Source: Spirochaetia bacterium
Lineage (GTDB): Bacteria > Spirochaetota > Spirochaetia > DSM-2461
DNA length: 64,000 nt
Reading direction: 5' to 3'
NCBI GenBank assembly: GCA_963666985.2
Contig: CAXXIA010000002.1
Span: 768,001-832,000 of the forward strand
The position numbers and the translations under genes were made by a program. The notes under the pieces are model-generated. The model ran no database searches. It saw nothing but the letters and a program-made list of their open reading frames with translations, and was not told the DNA's origin. This document shows positions 49,140-57,793 of the stretch, piece after piece. Positions within the stretch are counted from its first letter, which is position 1. The number at the start of each line of letters is the position of its first letter.

Positions 49140-50279
49140 ATGGTAAAAAGCGGCTTCGTCGCCATTGTCGGCCGCCCGTCCGCGGGTAAATCAACACTGC
49201 TGAACGCCGTTTGCGGGGAAAAGGTCGCCATAACCTCGCCGGTTCCTCAGACAACGCGCAACGCCATCCGCGGTATCGTTAATCGCGAATCCGGACAAAT
49301 CGTCTTTCTGGACACGCCGGGATACCACGAATCCGATAAGAAGCTGAACATCTACCTGAAGGATACGGTGCATCGATCCCTCAAGGATTCCGACGCGGTC
49401 CTCTACGTCGTCGACGCCTCCAAGCCGCCGGGAAAAGAAGAAGCCGCCGTTGTCGAGCTTTTGGCGAAGTCCCGTAAACCGGTCGTCGTCGCGATGAACA
49501 AAATGGATCTTCCCACCCCGCTTCTCGCGGAGATCCGCGGTCTTATCAAATTGAACCTGAATCCGGCGGCCATCATCGAAATATCCGCGATGAACGGATC
49601 GGGCACCGAAGAAATCATCAACGCCCTTCTCGAACAATGTCCCGAGGGAGAACCTCACTATCCGGAAGATTATTACACGGACCAGGATCCGGCGTTTCGA
49701 ATCGCTGAAATCATCCGGGAACAGGCCATCGCGCGAAGCGAAGAGGAGCTCCCCCATGCTCTTTACGTGGATATCGCCGATATGGAATTCGGCAATCCCG
49801 AAAGCCGCATGGAGGTGGAAACCGACGAAAAATCCAAGAACTCAACCGCGGCATTCTCTTCTCCGCCGGACGACCGTACGGCGGCGGTAAAAGCCGAAAA
49901 CGGCGGCTTCGGGACTCCGGAAACCGCCGCTCCAAAGCCGTCCGAAAAGACGGCCCCGAAAATGTCATCGGATGCCGATCCGACTCTCCCCGCGGGCGCT
50001 CCGGCCGGTTTCTTCGATGACGATTCCGCCGAACCGGCACCACGGCAAAAGCGGCAAACACTCTGGGTTCGGGCCTTTATCGTGGTGGAACGTTCATCTC
50101 AAGTCGGGATTCTGGTGGGGCACGGCGGGGAAAAAATTAAAGCCATACGCATCGGCGCCCTCCGGGAAATGAAACGCCTGTTTCCCTGGAAGATCCGCCT
50201 GGATCTTCGGGTAAAAGTGAACCCGAAATGGCGCAAGAAGGATCCGCTGCTCAAACATATGCTCGGATCGGCCGATTGA
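49140..50279 (+). CDS. era: GTPase Era with a large insertion in the KH domain
   Basis: GRPSAGKST, PQTTR, DTPG, NKMD, EIIRE, ELPH, VGHGGEKIK. Confidence 0.93.
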   Translation: MVKSGFVAIVGRPSAGKSTLLNAVCGEKVAITSPVPQTTRNAIRGIVNRESGQIVFLDTPGYHESDKKLNIYLKDTVHRSLKDSDAVLYVVDASKPPGKEEAAVVELLAKSRKPVVVAMNKMDLPTPLLAEIRGLIKLNLNPAAIIEISAMNGSGTEEIINALLEQCPEGEPHYPEDYYTDQDPAFRIAEIIREQAIARSEEELPHALYVDIADMEFGNPESRMEVETDEKSKNSTAAFSSPPDDRTAAVKAENGGFGTPETAAPKPSEKTAPKMSSDADPTLPAGAPAGFFDDDSAEPAPRQKRQTLWVRAFIVVERSSQVGILVGHGGEKIKAIRIGALREMKRLFPWKIRLDLRVKVNPKWRKKDPLLKHMLGSAD

Positions 50280-50371
50280 TCGGGCACATACAACACTAAA
50301 CCACAATTCCCTCACCATATCTTTATCCAATCTTAACCGAAAAGTTTTATCTTTCCGGCGGAAGGAATGCA

Positions 50372-51268
50372 ATGGATATCAGCTTTAAGTCCATGGACGG
50401 GCCGCTCACCATCGTCGCGCTCTCCGGCGACATGGATCTCTACTGCGCAACCGATGTAAAAATCAGTATTCAGGAATATTGGAAAAAACGTCAGGATGCC
50501 ATTATTCTCGATCTGGGGAATCTGAATTATCTCGACTCCAGCGGAATCGGAACCATCATCAAGCTCTTTTCCGAATCCAAGGCCATAGGCGTCGGCTTCG
50601 GTCTTTCGGAAGTTCCTCCGCAAATCCGGCAGATCATGGAACTAACGAAGCTCATCGGCTTTCTTCCGCTTTTCGATACCGTTGCCGAAGCCGTTGGGAA
50701 ACTCAATGGCGACCGATGGAAAGAAGAGGCGTCCCGTGACGAGCGGGGGCCGCTTCTGGTCAACAGCCGGCATTCCCTCTTCAGTCCGGAAGGAATGAAC
50801 TACAGGGATTTTAACATTGATTTCGGCCGCATTCGTTACCTCAGCCACCTTATCAGCCAGAAGGCGCCGCCGGAAATACGGGAATTCAATCTTCTCGAAC
50901 AGCAGATCAGTGAAATCGTCAAAAACGCCGTCCGTCACGGAAATCGCAACGATATCCGCAAAAAGGTAAAAATCTGGTATTCATTTACGCCCGAAAGAGC
51001 CCGGCTCATTATTGAAGATGAAGGAAGGGGCTTTCAGAACCTTGAAGAATGGAACGGATTCTTCCGCAAACGCATGGAATACTTCGTGAAGAATGATTTC
51101 TACGGCATGACCAACTACATCAGTTACCGAACCGCGGACAGCAGCGACGACGACGGCGGGAACGCCTTGTTCGCCGCCGTGGAATATTGGAACGATGGGG
51201 TGGTGTACAACGAAAAAAGAAACGCCGTTGCCGTGGGCAGAACCTTCGCGAAAGCCCCGGCCGATTAA
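50372..51268 (+). CDS. Fused STAS (anti-anti-sigma) and HATPase (anti-sigma kinase-like) protein
   Basis: LSGDMD and YLDSSGIG in the N-terminal half; EIVKNAVRHGN and DEGRGF in the C-terminal half. Confidence 0.85.
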   Translation: MDISFKSMDGPLTIVALSGDMDLYCATDVKISIQEYWKKRQDAIILDLGNLNYLDSSGIGTIIKLFSESKAIGVGFGLSEVPPQIRQIMELTKLIGFLPLFDTVAEAVGKLNGDRWKEEASRDERGPLLVNSRHSLFSPEGMNYRDFNIDFGRIRYLSHLISQKAPPEIREFNLLEQQISEIVKNAVRHGNRNDIRKKVKIWYSFTPERARLIIEDEGRGFQNLEEWNGFFRKRMEYFVKNDFYGMTNYISYRTADSSDDDGGNALFAAVEYWNDGVVYNEKRNAVAVGRTFAKAPAD

Positions 51269-51330
51269 CGGCATTCTTCCTGATAAAACGGAAGTCCGCT
51301 CCAACTAACCGGCCGTAAGCGTTACTCCGC

Positions 51331-52500
51331 TCAGCTCCCGAGAAAGGAATCCATGATTCCCCGATATCCCGCTCCGGCTTTCTCCAACTGATCGATTTCA
51401 ATATATTCGTCCACGGTGTGGGCCAAATTCTCGCGGGAAGGTCCGAATCCCAGGGTGGGAATTTTCGCTTCTCCGGCATAATGACTCCCGTTGGTGCAGA
51501 ATGAATACGTGGTGATTTCCGGTTCGATTCCGGCCGCGCGTATCCCTTTCAGAGCCTTCCGGATGAATTCGGAATCCTCCGAAAAATACCATCCGGGAAA
51601 AAAGCGCTCGCCTTCGATGATTTCGCCGGTATAGCAGGATTCCTTTCCCTTGGAGAGAGAGACTTCGGCCCGGAAACCGGGATCTTTCCGATTAAAATCG
51701 GAAATCACGTCTCTTAAAGGCTTTAAAACGGATTCGGGTGTTTCATCGACCAGTAAACGGCGATCGAAGGTGGCCCTGCAGTAATGGGGAACGACGGAAG
51801 CGCCGGGATACGGATCGGATTTGATATCGGTGAGTTCCAAAATCCCTTTGCCGAGCTCTTTTTGGAATTCGGTCGGCAATTTCCTGATGGAAGAAATCAA
51901 TTCCGCCATGTCGTAAACGGCGTTCCTGCCCTTCTCGGGATTGGCCGAATGGGCGTTAACCCCGAATGTCTCCACCACGATTTCCGCCCGTCCGCGCTGT
52001 CCGATCTTAAGATTCAGTTCGGAGGCTTCGCCGATAACGACAAGATCGGGTTTCACAGCTTCGGAAATCTTCCGAGCGGCCACGCCCTCGAAGCACTCCT
52101 CATGAACCACTCCCGCAACGCAGATGGTTCCGGCGAAGTTTCCACCCGTCTCTTCGGCGAATTCCGCGGCCGCCCAAAGCATGGCCGCAAACGCGCCTTT
52201 CATATCCGACGTGCCCCGGCCGTAAATCTTCCCGTCCCGAATCTCTGCGGACCAGGGGTCGGCCGTCCACCGGCTTTTATCCGCGGGAACGGTATCGATG
52301 TGGGCGTCGAATAAAAGAGTCGGGCCCGGACGTGTTCCTTCCGCGACGGCAAGACAATTTCCATAGGAATCAACGCGAAAATCGTTCAATCCCCGGCTTT
52401 TCCAGAATTCCTGAGCCGCCGTAACGACATTCCCTTCTTCTCCCGAATAGCTCCGATGACGAACGAGTTCCCGGCAGAGTTCCGTAAGCGTATAGTTCAT
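51331..52500 (-). CDS. M20 metallo-amidohydrolase, YgeY-like
   Basis: DAHIDTV, GRGTSDMKG, VHEE, GQRGR, FCTNG, AHTVDEY. Confidence 0.85.
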   Translation of the reverse strand: MNYTLTELCRELVRHRSYSGEEGNVVTAAQEFWKSRGLNDFRVDSYGNCLAVAEGTRPGPTLLFDAHIDTVPADKSRWTADPWSAEIRDGKIYGRGTSDMKGAFAAMLWAAAEFAEETGGNFAGTICVAGVVHEECFEGVAARKISEAVKPDLVVIGEASELNLKIGQRGRAEIVVETFGVNAHSANPEKGRNAVYDMAELISSIRKLPTEFQKELGKGILELTDIKSDPYPGASVVPHYCRATFDRRLLVDETPESVLKPLRDVISDFNRKDPGFRAEVSLSKGKESCYTGEIIEGERFFPGWYFSEDSEFIRKALKGIRAAGIEPEITTYSFCTNGSHYAGEAKIPTLGFGPSRENLAHTVDEYIEIDQLEKAGAGYRGIMDSFLGS

Positions 52501-52514
52501 ATTCTCTTCTCTCT

Positions 52515-54134
52515 TTATTTTATCGATGAGGATTTCAAGACTTGCCCGGCTCCATCATGAACGGATTTTCCATCCGTTACCGATAGAACGCCGTTTACAA
52601 AGACATGGGAAATTCCGACAGGATGGCGGCAGGGATCGGAAAAGCTTCCCCGTTCGTCTATGACATCAGGCTGAAAAACAACGATGTCCGCGGCGTTTCC
52701 CTGCCGCAGGAGTCCCCGATTCTTCCATCCGAAAACCTCCGCCCCTTTGGAGGTCATTTTTCGAACGGCTTTTTCAAGGGAAAAAAGCCCGCGCCGTTTC
52801 ACCATCTCTCCCAAAAGCCGAGGAAAGGCCCCGTATGTTCTGGGATGGGGGGTGCCCGTGAACAATCCGTCGGTACAGAGGTTGGCTTCCGGACGCTTCA
52901 GGAGTTCTTCCAAAACCCACTGTTCTCCATACACATCAATCATCCCGACTTCACAGGCTTCTTCCGCCAGGATATCCAAAAGGGCATCGCCGGGAAAAAC
53001 GGATCGGGCTTCGGCAATCTCGGCAAGATTCCTTCCGATCAGATCTTTGTTGGAATCGGTTTTCACCGAAGTAACGTAAATATTCTCATACCCGGCGAAA
53101 TCGACGAAATTGTCCCATCCGGGGATTCCGTTCTCAAAGTCGTTAAAAATTCTTCGGCGGGATTCGGAGTTTCTCAGATGAGCCAGGGTTTCCGAAAGAC
53201 CGCCGGTTTTCACCCACGGAGGAAGGGCGGCGGATAAAGAGGTACTTCCGGCCATATAGGGATAAAGATCGAAACTGAGTTTTATCCCCTCGTTTTCGGC
53301 CCGATCCAGCTTCTTCAGAAGTTCGGGAAGAAGATCTCCGTTCCGAAACCCGCAAATCTTGAAATGAGAGATATGAAGAGGACAGCCGCTTCCCCGAACG
53401 ATTCGGAACAATTCCTCCATCGAATCGAGAATATCGTCGGCTTCACTTCGCTGATGCACAACCAAGGGACGGCCGTATCGCGCGGAAATGCGGCACATTC
53501 GAACAAGCTCGTTTTCTTCCGAGAAGCTGCACGGCGGATAGATTAATCCCGTGGAGATTCCCGCGGCTCCGGAAAGAAGTTCTTCATTGAGCAGGTTTTC
53601 CAGAGCCAGCAGCTGAGCTTCATCCGGCAGCCGGGGATTTCCTCCCATCACGGCGTATCGGATATTCCCTAAGGGAATAAGAACTCCCTTATTGCTCCCC
53701 TGGGGCCGCCGCTCCATCAAATCCATGTACGAACGAATCGACCGGAAATCCTCGGCGTTCAAATCCTCAAGAACCGCCGTTCCGTAGAATCCCTTCAAAT
53801 AGGTTTTCCATGTTTCGAAATCGTTCGGACAGGGAGCGACGGACAGTCCGTCCTGTCCCAGCAAATCCGTGGTAATGCCCTGAAAAAGCTTGGGAGCCAC
53901 CACCGGGTCGGTCAGACAGATAATGTCGTTATGACTGTGCGTATCAATGAATCCCGGAGCGACAATCCGTCCCGACGCATCGATAACGGTTTCCGCTTTT
54001 CGGGATTCGCCTTTTCCGGGAGGAAGGATTTCCCGAATCAGACCGTCTTGAACAATGACATCCCCCGGAAAAGCGGCCTCTCCGCTTCCGTCGACAACGG
54101 TGCCGCCTCGAATCAGAATTTCCGAAGATTTCAT
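52515..54134 (-). CDS. N-acyl-D-amino-acid deacylase family amidohydrolase
   Basis: PGFIDTHSH, STGLIYPP, HQRSE, SHFK, YPYMAGST, HPRTYGAFPR. Confidence 0.88.
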   Translation of the reverse strand: MKSSEILIRGGTVVDGSGEAAFPGDVIVQDGLIREILPPGKGESRKAETVIDASGRIVAPGFIDTHSHNDIICLTDPVVAPKLFQGITTDLLGQDGLSVAPCPNDFETWKTYLKGFYGTAVLEDLNAEDFRSIRSYMDLMERRPQGSNKGVLIPLGNIRYAVMGGNPRLPDEAQLLALENLLNEELLSGAAGISTGLIYPPCSFSEENELVRMCRISARYGRPLVVHQRSEADDILDSMEELFRIVRGSGCPLHISHFKICGFRNGDLLPELLKKLDRAENEGIKLSFDLYPYMAGSTSLSAALPPWVKTGGLSETLAHLRNSESRRRIFNDFENGIPGWDNFVDFAGYENIYVTSVKTDSNKDLIGRNLAEIAEARSVFPGDALLDILAEEACEVGMIDVYGEQWVLEELLKRPEANLCTDGLFTGTPHPRTYGAFPRLLGEMVKRRGLFSLEKAVRKMTSKGAEVFGWKNRGLLRQGNAADIVVFQPDVIDERGSFSDPCRHPVGISHVFVNGVLSVTDGKSVHDGAGQVLKSSSIK

Positions 54135-55447
54135 ATCGATTCCCAAAATTGTTTCGCGCATTCGGTCATATCAATCCTCACTTGATTTCGATCAAGAGTT
54201 TTCAGCTCTCCATTTTCCATTAAAGCGCGGCCGCCGCAGTAGACATGAGTGATCAATTCCTTTTTCCCGAAGACGATAATCTGGTCGAAAATATTGTCTC
54301 TTTCCAGAGGAGTAAGGAAGTTTCCGTTCATGCAGAAAAAATCGGCATTTTTTCCCGCTTCGAGGGTTCCGCAGTCATCCCAGCCGAGGGCCTTGGCTCC
54401 GTTGACGGTGGCCATTCGGAAAGCCTCTTTGGCGGGCAGAACCGAGGGATTTTCCAGAACGGCCTTATGCACCAGGAACGCCATGCGAACCGTAGTCAGA
54501 AAATCGTTCTCATATCCGTCGGTGCCGACGGCCACCGGAAGTCCAAAATCCAGCATTTGCGGGACCGGAGAAAAACCGCCTCCGACTTCGCAGTTGCTCA
54601 CCGGCATATGAACCGGACGAACGCCGTGTTCCGCCAAAAGGGCAATTTCTTCAGGATCAACCTTAACGCACTGGGATGCCAGAACTCTCTCGGAAAGAAG
54701 GCCCAGGTCGGCATAATGCGCCGCCGGACGTTTTCCGAATACCCGTTCGGTATAATCCGGTTCATACCGGCTCTCGGAAAGATGGAACTGCCAGAGCGCA
54801 TCAAGATCCTCGGCCGTCCGGGCGGCTTTTTTCAAAAACTCCGGAGAACATGTAAAAGAGGTATGGGTACAGACGGCTCCGGAAATCAGGCGGCTGTTCT
54901 TGCGGCACCAGCGGATTAATTCGGCGTTTTCTTCCAGGCAGGATTCGCCGTTTTCCGTGCTGATTCTCTCGCAGCTTTCCAGAGAGAGGACGGCCCGCAT
55001 TCCGATTTTCTCGATAATTTTCGCCTGTTCGATGAGAGTCCCCGGCTCGGTTTTCGGCGCTTCGAGAGTATCGCAGAAACCGGTTATTCCCGATTCGATC
55101 ATCTCGGCGGCGGAAGCCTTCGCCGTAACGGCGACTTGGCCGCATCGAATGCGGTCTTCGACGAAAGGCCACCAGAAAACTTTAAGGAAATCCTCGAAAT
55201 CCCGAATGTTCGCATGAACCGGGATTCCGTGAGACAAAAGGCCGTACTGGTGCATATGGGCGTTGATGAATCCCGGGGAAATCAAATGAAAATGCCCGCC
55301 CCGAACGGCGATGCCGGAACGGCACAGCCCCGCGGCTTCGTCTTGATCGATCAGCCGGAGAATTTTTCCTTGATCTTCCAGAAACCCGGAGTGTTCCCTC
55401 ACGTCATCGGGTCCGACGATAAGCCAATCGGCGGTATAAACCTTCAT
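54131..55447 (-). CDS. SsnA/TrzA-like aminohydrolase
   Basis: PGFINAHMH, FHLSES, PVSN, GTDG, ATVNGAKALG. Confidence 0.85.
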   Translation of the reverse strand: MKVYTADWLIVGPDDVREHSGFLEDQGKILRLIDQDEAAGLCRSGIAVRGGHFHLISPGFINAHMHQYGLLSHGIPVHANIRDFEDFLKVFWWPFVEDRIRCGQVAVTAKASAAEMIESGITGFCDTLEAPKTEPGTLIEQAKIIEKIGMRAVLSLESCERISTENGESCLEENAELIRWCRKNSRLISGAVCTHTSFTCSPEFLKKAARTAEDLDALWQFHLSESRYEPDYTERVFGKRPAAHYADLGLLSERVLASQCVKVDPEEIALLAEHGVRPVHMPVSNCEVGGGFSPVPQMLDFGLPVAVGTDGYENDFLTTVRMAFLVHKAVLENPSVLPAKEAFRMATVNGAKALGWDDCGTLEAGKNADFFCMNGNFLTPLERDNIFDQIIVFGKKELITHVYCGGRALMENGELKTLDRNQVRIDMTECAKQFWESI

Positions 55448-56475
55448 TGAGATTCTCTCCTTCTCTCGGACGGAGGAGCCGTCGACTCCCTTATAACGAC
55501 TTCCAGGGGAAGCACCAATTCTTCATGCCCGCATTCCCGATGCCGCACCTTGGCAATCATCAGTTCCGCCGCTTTTTCACCCAGCGCGCCGTGGGGAAAA
55601 TCCAAAGACGTCAGCGACGGGGTGACATACCGCGCCATGGGAGAATTGTCGAACCCGACGATGGAAAGGTCTCCCGGAATCAAGAGACCGTCTTCCAAAA
55701 ATCGCCGCATGGCTCCGATGGCGATCTGGTCGGAAGAGCCGATGATTGCGGTAGGAAAATCCTTTTCGGCAAGCAGCCGGCCGGCCGCTTCATAGCCGCC
55801 CTCGAGAGTCCAGGAACAATCGATGAGCCTCTCCTCGGGGCAGGCGAGATTCAACTCCTCCATGGCCCGGCGGAAGTATTCGATTCGGCGCTGACCGCCT
55901 TTTGTTTTAATGCTTCCGTAAAAAAATGAGATCTTCCGGTGCCCCAGGGCATGAAGGTACTTCACCAGATTGCGAAATCCGGCGGGTTCGTCGCTGCTCA
56001 GCCGGTCGATGGGAATCCCCAGGTTCGGCGGGCCCGCCAGAACGACCGGCAGTCCCTCGGCCAAAGCCAGATAATCGGAATTTTCTCCATTTCCGAAGAT
56101 TATGATGATTCCGTCCATCATTTTCTTGGGAACGCTGCGGTAGATTTCCATTTCACGCTCGAAATCCTCACGGGAATCGAAAAGCAGCACCCGGAACCCG
56201 CTTTGTTCCAAACGGTCCATGGCGGCGTAAACGATCCGTGCGTTGGCCTGATTGGTGATATTCGGCACCATAATCCCGATAAGCCCCAAGCTGTCGGTCG
56301 CCAAGCCCCGGGCCAAGGGACTGGGTGAGTAATCCAGCTCCTTCATCACCATCAAAACCCGCTTCCGTTTCTCTTCCCGCACGCTCTCGGGTTTGTTCAT
56401 AACGCGGGAAACCGTCGAGATTGACACTCCGGCACGGTCGGCGATGGTGTCTATCGTGTTCCGATGAGCCGCCAT
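55444..56475 (-). CDS. LacI family transcriptional regulator
   Basis: TIDTIADRAGVSISTVSRVMN, YSPSPLARGL, IVGFDN, PSLTS. Confidence 0.93.
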   Translation of the reverse strand: MAAHRNTIDTIADRAGVSISTVSRVMNKPESVREEKRKRVLMVMKELDYSPSPLARGLATDSLGLIGIMVPNITNQANARIVYAAMDRLEQSGFRVLLFDSREDFEREMEIYRSVPKKMMDGIIIIFGNGENSDYLALAEGLPVVLAGPPNLGIPIDRLSSDEPAGFRNLVKYLHALGHRKISFFYGSIKTKGGQRRIEYFRRAMEELNLACPEERLIDCSWTLEGGYEAAGRLLAEKDFPTAIIGSSDQIAIGAMRRFLEDGLLIPGDLSIVGFDNSPMARYVTPSLTSLDFPHGALGEKAAELMIAKVRHRECGHEELVLPLEVVIRESTAPPSERRRESQ

Positions 56476-56477
56476 GC

Positions 56478-56966
56478 TTACTCCCGGACGGATGAAAGTC
56501 TTTCCGAAGCCAGCCTGACGGCCGAGAGAATCGTTTCGTATCCCGTACACCGGCAGATGTTTCCCGAAAGACCTCTCTTAATCTCCTCGTCCGTCGGTTT
56601 CGGATTCATCCGAAGAAGCGCATAGACGGACATAACGAATCCCGGAGTACAGTACCCGCACTGGATGGCTCCGGCGTCGACGAAGGCCTGCTGCACCGGA
56701 TGCAGAGGATGTTCCGGAGACGACATTCCCTCTATTGTCACAACCTCCCTATCCCCGACCGTTACGGCCGGTACAAGGCAGGATTTCATCGCCGAACCGT
56801 CGATGAGAACCGTACAGCTCCCGCAATACCCGGTGCCGCATCCCTCCTTCGTACCCATGAGTCCCAATTCATCCCTGAGTACCCGGGAAAGGCTTGCGTC
56901 CGCCGAAATTGCCGCGTCGTAATACCGTCCGTTGACCTTGAGCCTGACGGGAATTTTTTCCGTCAT
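56478..56966 (-). CDS. Xanthine dehydrogenase-family 2x[2Fe-2S] subunit
   Basis: GTKEGCGTGYCGSCTV, SC, QCGYCTPG, NICRCTGY. Confidence 0.93.
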   Translation of the reverse strand: MTEKIPVRLKVNGRYYDAAISADASLSRVLRDELGLMGTKEGCGTGYCGSCTVLIDGSAMKSCLVPAVTVGDREVVTIEGMSSPEHPLHPVQQAFVDAGAIQCGYCTPGFVMSVYALLRMNPKPTDEEIKRGLSGNICRCTGYETILSAVRLASERLSSVRE

Positions 56967-57793
56967 AATCGGGCCTCCATCTCCGCCATTTCGCAGGTGA
57001 ACCGAAAGAGAAGCGTTTTCTGGTAATCCGTAAGACGGTTTTTCCGCTTCTCCTGCGCCGATACTTCTTCTTTAACGAGATTCAGAAGAGTCGTTCGGCT
57101 GCCGCCGAAACGGGACGGAGCCGATTCGAGAACGCGAAAATGCGTCGGAAGAACGTTCGGCCCTCCTCCGGCGATGAATCTGTTTCCTTCGCCGTCGATT
57201 GCCATGGCCAGAACAAAAGGAGGCAGGCTGAATTGCTTGCGCGATCCTTCCCCCCAATAATATTCCCATTGAAAGTCTTTCCGGGGAATCGTGAGGGACA
57301 TCACCAGTTCCCCCGATTTCAGCCGATTGTGATAAGGACCTCTGAAAAGATCCTCCACCGGAATCGACTTTTCTTCCGCGGACTCAAGGATTTCGGCTTC
57401 GGCGCCGTGCAGCATCAGTACGGGAAACAGATGAGAATTCGGCAGACAGCCGGCGACATGTCCTCCGAGCGTCCCTTGGCTGCGAATCTGCGGGCAGGCG
57501 GTTTCCCGAAGAGCCGTCCGCAGCAGCGAGTATTCATCCCGGTCTTTCAGGAATTCCTCCAGAGCGGAGAGAGTCGCCGCCGAACCGATTTCCAATTCAT
57601 TGCCGCGTTCGGCAATCCCCTTCAGCTCATCCAGGCCGTTAATATCGATCAATGTCAGCTTATCGGAAAGCAGATATCGCTTCTTCAATCGATACATAAT
57701 GTCCGCGCCTCCGGCCAAGGGCCGGATCAGACCTTTTGCCTCGGAGGCTTTTTGGAAGAAGTCCGAAAGACTCCGTGCCTTACAGTAATTCAT
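56963..57793 (-). CDS. Xanthine dehydrogenase-family FAD-binding subunit (divergent)
   Basis: LAGGADI, EIGSAATL, QIRSQGTLGG. Confidence 0.85.
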   Translation of the reverse strand: MNYCKARSLSDFFQKASEAKGLIRPLAGGADIMYRLKKRYLLSDKLTLIDINGLDELKGIAERGNELEIGSAATLSALEEFLKDRDEYSLLRTALRETACPQIRSQGTLGGHVAGCLPNSHLFPVLMLHGAEAEILESAEEKSIPVEDLFRGPYHNRLKSGELVMSLTIPRKDFQWEYYWGEGSRKQFSLPPFVLAMAIDGEGNRFIAGGGPNVLPTHFRVLESAPSRFGGSRTTLLNLVKEEVSAQEKRKNRLTDYQKTLLFRFTCEMAEMEARL

